Positions 41,534-55,212 of a DNA stretch of 64,000 nucleotides are shown here, in pieces (positions within the stretch are counted from its first letter, which is position 1; every line of letters starts with the position of its first letter). The notes under the pieces are model-generated. The model was not told the origin of the DNA and did no database searches. It was given only the letters and a program-made list of their open reading frames with translations. Source of the stretch: Eledone cirrhosa (lineage: Eukaryota); contig OZ024744.1 in the NCBI GenBank assembly GCA_964016885.1, positions 83,390,001 to 83,454,000 of the forward strand, given 5' to 3'. The position numbers and the translations under genes are program-made.

Positions 41534-42331
41534 TATATATATACACATGCAGAGAGAGAGTGAGAGAGTGAGAAAGAGAGAGAGAGAGAGAGAGAGAGAT
41601 GTGTATACACATATACATTATTCTTTTTTTTTGCGGTGGTTTTTCCGTTATGCCCAACTAAATTTCTTTTCCGTATTTATGCACAATCTTTAACACTTAC
41701 AGAGCCTGAAAAACTCAAATTTCCTAAATTTACTCACCTATTAAATTACATCAATATACTTTCTCACATTTGCTTTACACATCCTGCCGTAACAGATAAC
41801 GGTTCAACCAACATTTCTTTTGATAAATGCACATTTTAAGTTAAAGTAAGTTAATTTATATATTTTCCTTCACATCTCTTCAGATATTAACCAACTACCT
41901 TCTACAAACGTTTTAATTTAAATATAACATTTTAAATAAATCTCAAATTCAAGAACCCCATGAAATAAGGAATTTTTTTAATATATTTTCTTATATTTTA
42001 GTCGCTTTACCTTTTAACAAATCAAGTTTCAATTTTAACTAGTTCTTTTTAAAATACCTTCTAAATATATGCTATTTTTCATTATAAATTTCTTTCCTTA
42101 AAATAGCAATTAGCTTACTTTCAAGCATCATAAAAACAATTTTTCTCAGTACATTTTTCTTAAAATCGAGTTTTAAAATATTGCATTTGACTCTAGCATG
42201 TCACAAACAGTTACAGTTTACCGAACTTCTATATATATAATTCATAACAGTTAAATAAACTTTATAAACTTTCAGTAAATAATAAAGCAACATCAAAATT
42301 AAGCTGAAATATACGTGCATATATATATATG

Positions 42332-42409
<78 letters not shown>

Positions 42410-42431
42410 CATGTATGTATATATATATATA

Positions 42432-42470
<39 letters not shown>

Positions 42471-42688
42471 GGAAATAAACGAACAAAACACAGGAGGCTA
42501 TTGTATACAGTTACGTATGTATATATATATATATATGCACAGGGAAAGAAAGAGAGAGTGAGAGAGAGAGTGAGAGAGTGAGAGAGAGAGAGAGAGTGAG
42601 GGAGAGAGAGAGAAGATTTCAATATTTGTTGGCAAAATCAAACTTGTAGAATTATTTTACAACCGTTATGTTTTATATCGAATATTAA

Positions 42689-42890
42689 TAATTGTTTCTA
42701 CTTTTGGCACAAGGCCAGCAATTACCCAGTACATTACTGGTACTTTATTTTATCGACCCCTTATGGATGAAAGACAAAGTTAACCTCGGGGGGATTTGAA
42801 TTCAGATCGTAAAGGGATTTGAATTCAGATCGTAACTCTATGCTAGAAAGCATGTCCGACCCTCTACCGATACTGCCATTTCACCGCCCT
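42689..42890 (-). mobile_element. SINE family 1 with internal duplication of the B-box segment
   Basis: GGGATTTGAATTCAGATCGTAA present twice in tandem. Confidence 0.85.
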
Positions 42891-42945
42891 TCGATTCGTT
42901 TGTAAGCAAACAGCCTCATTGCCAAATATATAGTGTTTGTTGTCG

Positions 42946-43046
42946 TATCACCAGTCTGGTGAGCAGATAGATAATAGAGTTGGGTCCGTAACAGCTATGG
43001 CTGACCATGAACCAATCCTCTGCGAAACGCGCGTAACAGGCCGATA
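42946..43046 (+). ncRNA. degenerate hammerhead just upstream of the Penelope ORF
   Basis: CTGGTGA (A6G)-GCAGA..TCTGC-GAA-ACGCGCGT-A; imperfect helix I TATCACCAGT/ACAGGCCGATA. Confidence 0.55.
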
Positions 43047-43101
43047 GCATATATATACATGTTAACGAAACTTCATCGTTCTTATTGATATATATATATA
43101 T

Positions 43102-44326
43102 AATAACAAACCCTACAGACAGAAATCTGGGACCGCTATGGGAACGAAAACAGCACCCACTTATGCCAACCTAGTCATGGGATACCTGGAAATCACCCTC
43201 CACACTAAAGTACTAAACACACTTGGAAACACTCTCCACTTACACATAGAAAGGAACTGGAAGCGATATCTAGATGACTGCTTCATCCTTTGGCACGAAA
43301 ACATCGAGAAACTTAAAGAATTTCACACCCTTATAAATGGGCTCAACACGAATATTAACTTCACGATGGAATACAGCCATCAGCAACTCCCCTTCCTCGA
43401 TATCCTCATTAAGATTCATAACAAAAAAATAGAAACAGACATATACTACAAGCCCACAGACTCCAAGCAATATCTCCCTTTCAACTCTTGCCACCCTAGA
43501 CACGTTAAAATTAATATTCCCTACAACTTAGCCAAGAGAATCTGTACTATAGTCTCCAATAAAAACACCTGTTACTTACGGCTACAAGAACTAAAGGACA
43601 CACTCATAGGCAGGGACTACCCTGCATCACTAATTGACCATGGAATCCAACGTGCCCTAAAACTCAGTACCCTGGACCTTAGACACCCTAAAGTAAATCA
43701 ACCGAAACTAAAAGCTCTTCCATACATCTCCACACACAACCCCCTCAACAATGAAGCCTTTGACACCATCCTCCAGAACATCCCTGTGTTAAAAAAGGAC
43801 CATAGAATGAACCAAATCCTACGAACACACGATATCATAAACAGCAAAAGACAATCTGAGTCAATGAAAAACATCCTAACACATGCCAAAGTACTGTCAA
43901 CCACAACAACGAAACCCACAGTAAAAAAATGCGAGACCCAACTGTAGCATATGCATCAACCTAATAGAGGGTTCGGAATTCTATTTCAAAGAAGGACAAC
44001 GTTTTATAGTAAAACACAATATCACATGCGCATCAAAAAATCTAATATATGTATTAACTTGCTCAGGTTGTCGAGAACAATACATAGGCCAGACAAAAAA
44101 CAGCCTCCGCCAACGCATGACTGTCCATAGATCCCAAATTAAAATACGGGAATACAGGAAAATACCACTGAGTGAACACATTGATACATGTGCCGCCCAA
44201 AATCATCCCAACTTCAGAATCTTTCCCCTCTACAAATTTAAAGATAATGCCACCCACACCCAGCGCATCAGCAAGGAATCTCACTTTATTAACAAATACG
44301 GACACCGTCTAAACACTTCTCCCTAA
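43102..44326 (+). pseudogene. 5'-truncated Penelope-like element ORF: RT + Zn-knuckle + GIY-YIG endonuclease, one frameshift near 43932
   Basis: YRQKSGTAMG, RYLDD, LPFLD, YYKPTD, SCHP RT motifs; C..PNCSIC; NLIYVLTCSGCREQYIGQT..LRQRMTVH..EH..KESHFINKY..LN; ORF begins directly at a (TA)n run. Confidence 0.92.
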
Positions 44327-45289
44327 GACGAACCCACAACATACACACGTCAACATACATACCTACATCAGCATACATCCTACACACATCTCTATCCACA
44401 TATAAACACAATGACATACGTAAACACATGTGTTCTATGGTGCAACACACATATACACAAATTTGCATACCTTTTTATGTCTATAGATATAAACGTGCCG
44501 ACACACACACATACGTATACGCACACATGCATTGCACACTGATGGGCACAAACATATTTGTACACAAGTATTCCAATACGGCCAGGCCTAATGGATTCCC
44601 CCTGCAGTACGTACAATCTGGACACTCACACACACCTTGGTCTTATGCCAATACTATATATCATTTCACACCTTTTATTATTAAGATTTTTGATGTTCTA
44701 TTGAGAGAATCGTTTTTACTGAAAATATCGAATAATGTACACCATTTTTACCAGTATCACAAAAATACTGGTCCACACACACACACACACACATTCTCTC
44801 TCACACACACACACACACACATATATATATACATACACACATACACACGCGTACATTAACATACAAAGAGACATATACACACACACACACTTCTCCGTAT
44901 AAGACAAGAGCTGAAAAATATATTTTAACATGTTAAAATATCCCCCCCACACGTACAGACTCATTCCTACTGACCGATCCCTCTACCACGAATTACTCTG
45001 CTACACACACACACACACACACACTTGTCTTAATAGGCATTTGAACTGTCAGCAGGCTGCGGTTCGCACACACAGCCCTACTGACCATTATCACAACAAC
45101 GAACCTCTTTACTACTACTACTACTACACACACACATATTTGTCTTGAAAGACTTATTTTTCAGTGACTTCTCAATCAGCCGAGACAAAGCTACATTTGG
45201 TGCAAAATCAATTTTTAACATTCACATGACCTCTACCGACCAATCAAAATTGTTTTGACCACAAGAATTTTTCCATACATCTGGAGCCA

Positions 45290-45665
45290 CTTTTTTTTAC
45301 ATAAAACAGGTAGAATTTCCAAAACTAATCAGATTAGAGCAAACATCATATATAAACTGAATACACGTCTGTAGTTTGAGAAATGGAGAAATTGAGAGAG
45401 GGCGCTTGCCCTGGTGGTCAGGGTGGCCGTGGTCTTTTGTGTGGTTTTCGCCACGAGTAACCATCGGAGGTTTCCCCCCTATTGGGGAATTTTTCATTGT
45501 TTCAATTTTCATTTTTATTGTTTATATATATATATATATGTTTCTATGTCGTTTTTTTTTCTTATATAAATAATAACAATATTTACACGTACAAAACCCA
45601 CATCGTACCGTCTGTAATGTTTTTCTTGATGTCAGCCCTTGTGGCCAATAAAGAAATCATTATTA
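45290..45665 (+). mobile_element. Tx1/L1-type LINE 3' end, copy A
   Basis: GCCCTGGTGGTCAGGGT UTR motif shared with 46930; ends CCCTTGTGGCCAATAAAGAAATC(ATT)n. Confidence 0.7.
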
Positions 45666-45739
45666 CATTGTATTACGTTTACATTGTTAGTAATTGTTAT
45701 TGTTGATTTAGTTGCTGTTTTTAATGTTATTATTATTAA

Positions 45740-45785
<46 letters not shown>

Positions 45786-45786
45786 T

Positions 45787-46122
45787 GCTAAAATGTGGCG
45801 AGAATGGCCCGTGTGAATGGACCAACTCTGACCGTGCGCCTATAGTTTAGCTGACTTGAGGAGAAGGGTACTCTCCCTGGGTGCCCTAGAAGCGCAGGGT
45901 GGTTCAGGATTGGTGGGTTACCCGAGTCACCCCAGGGTCGTCCACCCCCTATCAGGGAATTTATTTCGTTATATTTATGCATAGTTTATTTTATATTTTT
46001 ATATCTTCATTGGTAAATTAGTCTTGCCATCGTGCACTTTTACTCGACCTTATTGTAAACCCCCACTGTTCCTGTCTTTGTGTTGTCCCCTACATGTCGG
46101 CCCTTGTGGCTAATAAATAAAA

Positions 46123-46164
<42 letters not shown>
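45787..46164 (+). mobile_element. Tx1/L1-type LINE 3' end, copy B
   Basis: NVARMARVNGPTLTVRL* matches the C-terminus of copy C; UTR and (ATT)n tail. Confidence 0.8.
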
Positions 46165-46165
<1 letters not shown>

Positions 46166-47140
46166 GGGTCAAGCGAAGACCGAGAGGGAGCGCGTCGAGA
46201 CTGGAATGTCTTCAGGCGCTCACAGCCCTCGACCAATCGGGCAATGTGATGGGTAGAAACTCCACCTCGGCGTTCTATAGAGGATTTGTGGAGGGGAAGA
46301 GCGATGACGTACTTGGGGAAACTCTTGGCGTCGATGAAAAAACAACTAGCCAATCTCTTCGGAAGAACTTTCGGGCCGGGGCCTATGGACAACTTCCAGA
46401 AATCCCTGGCCTGGCAGTGCTACCGAGGAGCTTTGCCAGTTCGGGATAAACTCTACAGGCATGGAGGTGCCGTCAGCCGGGCATGTCCGAGATGCGCGCA
46501 GGACGACAAAACCGTCCTGCACGCACTCGTCCAGTGTCCGAGCATTGCTGACTTGTGGGTTTATGTAGAACACCTGCTGTCGCGTGTAGGACGGATCCAG
46601 CTATCAGCTGAGTCCATCGTGAGGATTGCCCCGCCCTCCTCCTTTAGCCGGGAAAGGCAGGCAAATTGTATCTGTCTGGTGGCCATGGCGAAAGAGATAG
46701 TATGGTGGACTCCTTTGAAAGGGCTGAAGACAAGCACTTACCTCTTCGGTGATGCCCTGATTAACTTTTTCAAATTTCATTTGAAAAGGAAAATCAGGGT
46801 AGAGAGGGAAGTGCTCTCTTCCCAGCATTTTATTGAAAGATGGGTGAGAGAGGCAAGAATGGCCCGAGTGAATGGGCCTACTCTGAATATGTGTCTGTAA
46901 ATTAAAGGTGGAAAACTGGGAGAGGGCACTTGCCCTGGTGGTCAGGGTCACTGTGGCTTTTTAATGGGCTTTCTCCACGAATGTCCCTCGGAAGTCACCT
47001 CCCTATTAGGGAATTTTTCATTGTTATTTTTTTGTTACATCCTCTGATTTCGTTTTTTACACGCAGAAATCCCGATTTGTACGGTCCTGTATTGTCCTAT
47101 ACTGTCCTTAATGTCTACTTTATGTAAACCCTTGTGGTTA
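46165..47140 (+). pseudogene. Tx1/L1-type LINE ORF2 C-terminus (zf-RVT) and 3' UTR, copy C
   Basis: AWQCYRGALPVRDKL..CPRC..TVLHALVQCP CCHC motif; stop at 46900. Confidence 0.85.
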
Positions 47141-47142
47141 AT

Positions 47143-48048
47143 TAAGAAAGCTGAGCGCTGCGAAAGGCCGATATATCAGCCGAAATTCAGGACGCCCTTG
47201 TATGCTGCATGAGGCGCAAGTCACCCGGTTTGGATGGCCTTCCCTACGAGCTATACGTAAATATGCCAGACTTGTTCTCCGATCTCCTGGAAGCATTCTA
47301 CTGCAACTGACAGCAGAATGGGAGTATTCCCAGTTCTGTGAGCAGCGGAGTGGTGACGCTGATAAGGAAAGACGAGAACAAGAGGGACACATTAGACAAC
47401 TTCAGGCTCGTAACTCTGCTCAACACAGAGTTTAAGATTTTAGCCAAGGTGTTAGCAAAGAAATTGGGGCTTGTCGTCGAGGATTTGGTTGGGGAGGCGC
47501 AAACTTGCGCAATCCCAGCCAGATCCATACTGGACAATCTCCACCTCATGCGATACTTCATAGAGAGGGTAGGGTTTAAACCTGGCTTCGGTGGGGCACT
47601 GATCAATTTAGATCAATCGAAAGCATTCGATAGGGTCGACCATCGGTATCTGGAGTTTGTCCTCAAATCAGCTGGCTTCGGCCCTGTCTTCAGAAGCTGG
47701 GTCGCTGCAATGCACAACGGCACACGCTCGGTGGTCAAGATTAATGGCCACCTCTCGGAACCAATTCGGCTCTCCCAATCGGTCCGTCAAAGCTGCTCTC
47801 TCTCTTCCCTAATGTACGTATTGACTCTGGAGCCTTTACTGCGGAGGCTGGAGCTGTTGCAGGGCATCCCGCTCGAACCGGGACGTGGAGAGTTTATTTT
47901 ATATTTTATTATTTTCATTGTTAAATTAGTCTTGCCATTGTGCACTTTTACTCGACCTTATTGTAAACCCCCACTGTCCCTGTCTTTGTATTGTCCCCTA
48001 CATGTCGGCCCTGGTGGCTAATAAATGAAATCATTATTATTATTTTTA

Positions 48049-48140
<92 letters not shown>
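47143..48140 (+). pseudogene. Tx1/L1-type LINE RT fragment fused to 3' UTR, copy D
   Basis: KSPGLDGLPYELY, NFRLVTLLNTEFKILAK, LDQSKAFDRVDH, SVRQSCSLS; jumps at ~47890 into UTR near-identical to 45985-46130; long (ATT)n tail. Confidence 0.88.
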
Positions 48141-48143
<3 letters not shown>

Positions 48144-48330
48144 GCAATTGTTGTTGTTTGTTGCTACTGCCGTTATCGTTGCAGTTGTTTGTTGTGTGTG
48201 TTTGTTTTATATTATATATATATTTTTTTTATAAATACTTTTAATAGTTATTGTTGATTTTATTTCGTTGGCGGATGTCAAATTTCCTATTGCATTCGAG
48301 ACAAAACAAGAGAAACATTCATTATTATTA

Positions 48331-48428
<98 letters not shown>

Positions 48429-48593
48429 GAGGATCATCATGATCATGATCATCAACATAAGCAGTGATATATAACATTTATATATTTATATTTTTTTGTT
48501 GCTGTTATTTAATCTTTTCATTTGTATTGTTATTGTTGTCGATGTTTTGTAAAGCGTTTTAATTGATATTATTATTATTACTATTATTATTAA

Positions 48594-48627
<34 letters not shown>

Positions 48628-48884
48628 GTTGTTGTTGTTGTTGTTGTTTTATTCATTCTCTCAGTATTGTTCTTTGTATGGAAACCACTAAAAACAACGC
48701 CTTTAACATTTATCATTTAGACGTGCATTATCCAACAATAATGTAAAGAGTGGATGTGGAAGTTGATGAGGGGGAGACGAGAGTATAAAATGTAACGAGA
48801 GATAGATAATAAGAGAATCAGAGGAAGAGAAAAACCGAAATAGCGAGAGAGTCGTTTAGAGTTTGGGGAGAAAGATGGTAAGAG

Positions 48885-48985
<101 letters not shown>

Positions 48986-49105
48986 AGTTGCGAAGATAGT
49001 TAAAAGAAACAAAGTGGACAGAGAGAATGAAGAAAAAATAAAACGATAAACGAAATATAAGGAGAGAATGGATGGACGAAATGAGAGGAATATACAAAGG
49101 GTTAC

Positions 49106-49194
<89 letters not shown>

Positions 49195-50195
49195 GAGAGA
49201 GATGTAAAATTTAAAGTGACTAAAAAATAAGGGAGAGTGCATAAAAAAGTGAGAAAGAAAGATATGTTTGTGAGAGGCAGAGAGATAGATAGATAGAGAG
49301 TGAGAGAGATAGAGAGTGAGAGAGAAATAAAAAGAAAAAGGGAGAGACAGAAAGAGACAGCGAGCGAGAATGAATGAAAGAGTAAAACATTTATTCTTTC
49401 TTTCTCCGTAGCCCATTACACTTGTTATGCATGGCTGAGCAACTGAGTATTCCGAGACATTCTTTGCAGACATGAAACGTTGGTCGAGCTGCGTAAATTT
49501 TTGGCCATTTACAGGTCACTGAAACTTATTGGCAATAAAATGTTGGAGCCACTATGCACTATTTTCAAATGCAATGAGCTAAATCGAATTACTGCATAAG
49601 TTTGAACGGTTTGTGGTCGAGGTGAATGGTTGACTTGACAAGAATAGTTCACAGAGATATAGCATGATGTTTAAATTGATTATTCATTTTACTGACACTG
49701 TTTTGGAACTAATTTCTTTGCGAGTAGGAATACAGTAAAAAGAGCTAATCCTATACACTAGCCTATGGCTGAATGAATCTTTGGGTCAGATTTGTGGTTT
49801 AGTTGATATTTCATCAATGTAGATGAGGAAGTGATGGGGAAAAAAATATTTTATTGTGAACATGATATCGTCGCAACAATATTACACTTTGAACTACAAA
49901 TAGAGCCTAGTGTTTTATGACAAAGACCAGAAATGCGCATTAGCTCACAGGCATCAATATAAAACCCTTTGTTTTTATACATGTAAATATGCATGCATTC
50001 AGAGCGATGTATGATTCCGAACAGGTTGGATATAAATCCAGCCTTTCAATAAGAATTCAAATATCGTTAGAGCAAAAATAAAATAGGTGGGATGGTGGAA
50101 AAAAAAAGGAAGAAAGAAGTAGGGAAAAAGAGAACAGGATATTATGAGAGAAATATATGTGCGTAAATACAAATACACACATACACACACACACA

Positions 50196-50249
<54 letters not shown>

Positions 50250-50289
50250 TATATATATTACATATATATACTTGCACGGATCTATTACG

Positions 50290-50403
<114 letters not shown>

Positions 50404-50665
50404 ATATGTGTGTGTGAGTGTGTGAGTGTGCGCGTGTGTGTCTGTGTGTGAGTGTCTGTGTGCGAGCGTGTGTGTGCGCGCGCGCGCGTGCGTGTGTGTG
50501 TGCGCGCATCCGTATGTATACCGACATCATCAACATCATCAACATCATTTCACAGTAACAAACAATCAAAACAACATTCTTACATACGTTATAACTGTCA
50601 TAATCAATTCTTGTCCCGTGGTTATGTTTACCCCTGGCAGTGACCGTGATTTGAATTCATATGCA

Positions 50666-50707
<42 letters not shown>

Positions 50708-51152
50708 TATATATTGTACATATATTTATATACGATAATAGTGAGTTATAAAAGCCGGTTTGGTGGGTAGATACGAAAATAAAATTGAACATGATTGTGA
50801 AAGAAACAGAGTTACAAAAATAGAAAATATGAAGGCTGAAGGCAAAAAAGTAAATAGAATATATAAACATAAATATATTTAAAATCAAATATAGATTGAA
50901 ACAAAAAGGGAGGGGCAAGCTATAAGTGAAAATGAAAGTGAAATTAAGATGCAGAAAGAAGATATGTAGGGAGAAGTATACACTTTTGAAAGAGAATCCT
51001 ATGTTACATAGATTTCTGTCCAACATAATGTCCTTTATTATGTTTCCTTTATGGAGAGGGGAAAAATTATCTGTCTTTGTATTCTGAGGAATTAAATTTA
51101 TAATTTATTCTTTCTTTCTATATTTTATTGTTGTATCGCTCATCATCCACAC

Positions 51153-51188
<36 letters not shown>

Positions 51189-51282
51189 TATCATCATCAT
51201 CATCATCATCATCATCACCATCGTCATCATCATAATCATTCTCTATCATCACCATCATCATCTTAATCATCATCATCGTGAC

Positions 51283-51357
<75 letters not shown>

Positions 51358-51778
51358 TTCATCATTGTCATCATCAATTCATATCACACACACAATAACC
51401 TTGTATTTCTTTACATCAATGTTTTGCTTATAACAAGCAATTTACAATCCAAATATATTGCACATAAAATCGCACCCCATCCACGCTCATGGATAATGAC
51501 ACACACGCACACACACACTCTACACACACACACACACACATATATATACACACACACAAGCTTACAGTCATACACATGCGCACACAGAGACACACACCCG
51601 TATGTATGTGTTCGTGTGCTGCATGTGTGTGTATATGTGTGTGAGTTTATGCGTGTGCGTGTTCGTGTGCGTTCATATACGAGCACATATTTTCTAATAC
51701 AGTGATATACATTTAGATTTAAATCCATACAGTTCTATAAATATATTTACAATGAGGATACAAAAATACGGTGTAACC

Positions 51779-51815
<37 letters not shown>

Positions 51816-51818
51816 TAT

Positions 51819-52165
51819 TAAGTATGTACACGTACATACACATATGTATACATACGTACAGTAGTATGTATATATATATACATACATACAGTAGTATGTA
51901 TATATATATACATACATACACACATATATATATATATATATGTACGTATGGATTCACCGAACATTTATTATAATGCTCGGTGTGTTTGTAAACAAACATC
52001 CCGTATTAAGCCGTAGTGTCCAGCAACCATGTGTGCATGTATGTATATATATATACATACATACTACTGTACGTCTGTATACATATATGTATGTACGTAT
52101 ACATATTTATATTTAAGTAACAGCCGTAATAAGAGTGGGAAATGACATTTCGTTTCATTTTTTCC
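51819..52165 (+). mobile_element. family E fold-back element
   Basis: Inverted arms with GTACAGTAG/CTACTGTACGTCTG, internal GTTTGTAAACAAAC; 52107-52165 is the reverse homolog of 40425-40480. Confidence 0.7.
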
Positions 52166-52177
52166 TTCCACATATTT

Positions 52178-52795
52178 ATTGTTTCTACTTCTGGCACAGG
52201 GCCAGCAATAACCCCAGTTACATTACTGGTACTTTATTTTATCGATCCCGTAAGGATGAAAGGCAAAGTTAACATCCGTGGGATTTGAACTCAGATCATA
52301 AAGGGACCTAACTCAATGCTGCAAAACATGGTGTCTGACGCTTTACCTATACTGCCAATCCACCTCCCTCTCACACATATATTGATAACAAATATGTGTA
52401 AAGATAAAAATATAGTAGCAGAAAAAAAAAAATAAGGGGACATGTTAATATTTAGGAAGAGTCGAAGACAATGAAATATATTTATATTAATAATTGTTCT
52501 ACTTTAGGCACAAGGCCAGCAAATACCTAGTTCATTACTGGTACTTTATTTTATCGACCCCGTAAGGATGAAAGGCAAAGTCAACCTCGGCGGGATTTGA
52601 ACTCAGATCGTAAAGGGACGTAACTATGCTGCAAAGCATGGCGTCCGACCCTCTACCGATACTGCCAATCCACCGCCCTTTATTTATTTATAGTAATAAT
52701 TGTTTCTACTTTTGGCACAAGGCCAGCAATTAACCAGTGCATTACTGGTACTTTATTTTATCGACCTCGTAAAGATGAAAGGCGAAGTCAACCAG
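52178..52795 (-). mobile_element. cluster of three SINE family 1 copies (52178-52370, 52490-52680, 52697-52795)
   Basis: Consensus tail and core in each; third copy 5'-truncated with AGTAATAAT on both sides. Confidence 0.85.
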
Positions 52796-52824
52796 TAATA
52801 ATATCTTAGAATCAGAGCAGGAAT

Positions 52825-53282
52825 ATTGTATATTTTATTAATACACCCGTGACTGTGGTATCGTGTGGGATTGTATTAATATTTCTGTGTCTGAGATATT
52901 GTATATAACTATTATTGTGTCTATGATATTATGTTATTATATCTATGTATTATCGTGGGTGTGAGATTGTATTAATATCTGTGTCTGTGGTATCTTGTGT
53001 GATATTGTATTAATATCCCTGTATCTATAATATCACGTCTATGAGATTACATTAATATATGTGTCTGTGATATAACGTCTGCGATATTGTGTATCATGGT
53101 AATCGCTATGAGATTACGGCTGTGCTATTATATCGATGTATTGTATTTGTCTCTGTGATAGTACATATGTGCTATTGTATTTATATACCGGCATTGGTAA
53201 TATCACGTGTCTATGATATTACATTAATATAAAGGTGTCTGTAATAACATCATGTCTTTCGTATTGTATTAATATGTCTGAT
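52825..53282. repeat. degenerate minisatellite (GTGTCTGTGATATTGTATTAATAT-like units)
   Basis: Repeated imperfect ~25-45 bp units. Confidence 0.65.
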
Positions 53283-53519
53283 AACACTACCAGCGACAGG
53301 TTGACTAGTATCTTTATTGACGGGAACTGTGGTACAAGACACACACATATACACACATACGCACACACACACTCACACGCACACACTCACACGCACATAC
53401 ACACGTGTTTGTGTGTGTGAGTGTGCCTGCTTGTGTAGGCGTATATGGATGCTCTAATTGGAAAAGTATGTGCATATGGATGATCGTCATTATATATATA
53501 TATATATATTTATATATAT

Positions 53520-54100
53520 CCATCGTACCAATAAGGAAACGTACTTCATTAACAAATTCCAACCTCTACTTAATGGACTAAACTTCGGACTAAACTAAAA
53601 CTGGAACGAACAATGAACCAAAACCAAATGCCTATGTTTTTTAAAGAGTAACCTCCCTCACACCCTACCTAATCCTTTTTCTTATATAAATGAATTACCC
53701 GCTCTCATTTCTATCCCCCCTACCCGACCACTCTGAATTACCCCCCCCCCCTGCATATTAACTCTCTAAAAAGGGAAATCATATCAAACCCCAGGCTACC
53801 ATTTGCCTCCATCATGGATCAACTAAGCACTCTTGCTATAATAACACATTTTGAACTGCTTATCTTCAAGAACTATGCCTGTAAATAATATTTTTCTTTC
53901 TCATTACCTTCTCATGTTCCACATTACCCCTTTTTCTTTTTTCTTTTCACTTTAAAAACCTTGTTTGTAAATAACATTATTCTTTCGTCACCTTTTCCTT
54001 AACATATTCAACATCACCAACATTTTACACCAATACAAATTCCCCCCTTTGATAATGCATAAAATGCTGAAACCGGTAATAGACATTATTAAATATATAA
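53520..54100 (+). mobile_element. second Penelope-like 3' end with UTR and degenerate minimal hammerhead
   Basis: After (TA)n reads RTNKETYFINKFQPLLN, like KESHFINKYGHRLN at 44270; TTGATAA-TGCAT aaa ATGCT-GAA-ACCGGT-A at 54049-54078. Confidence 0.6.
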
Positions 54101-54285
54101 ATAAATAAATAAATAAATAAATAAATGCCATTGTTAATTAATAAATGAATAAATTAATACCTTAGCACTTCACACAAAGTAAAATATTTTGTTTTAAACA
54201 TTTTCTAACCCAGAAAAATGGCAAAAAATAAAAAGGAAAAAAAAAGTTTTTTCTTCCTATTAATCGTCTTTTTCTCCCTATTTTC

Positions 54286-54448
<163 letters not shown>

Positions 54449-54995
54449 AAAATGTGTGTGTATGTGTCTGCGCGTGTGTGAGTGTATGTGTGTAAGTGTG
54501 TTTGTATTGAACATATATATATATATAAATGTCACATTGCTCTGCTCTAAATTGTATTTGTTCCATATATCATCTATCATCTATTTTTTTTCCTCACCCT
54601 GCATTCCCATTTGATTCTTCAAATGTAATTGCGTACACGTTTCGTAGGAAGCTGTTCTTGAAATGGGCGAAAGTAGAAGAATATGGCTGAATTGTTAGGT
54701 CATTGTTATCGATTTTGTCGGTGAAATTCAGACATAATTCGGAAAGAAGGAATTATACAGGAAGAAAGCAGTCGGAAAACTAATACAGACACAAATTATT
54801 CACACATGTCTTCCGCTATTCTCCACATTCGATTTTCTTTCTCTCATTTACTTTAAATGGCAAATATTTAACAATACTCAAAATACATGTGTACGCGCAT
54901 ATGCGCATCTTTTATCTATGTAAACATGGTTCAAATATTTCAAATGTCATTCTATTTACTTTCACAAACACACCAATATGAACATACACATACAC

Positions 54996-55050
<55 letters not shown>

Positions 55051-55053
55051 GAG

Positions 55054-55090
<37 letters not shown>

Positions 55091-55126
55091 TATACATGCA
55101 TATATATATGTGTGTGTATATATATA

Positions 55127-55212
<86 letters not shown>

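Noticed and set aside
52825-53282. Regularly spaced repeats, superficially CRISPR-like
   Set aside because: Degenerate tandem units without unique spacers, in eukaryotic DNA with no cas genes.
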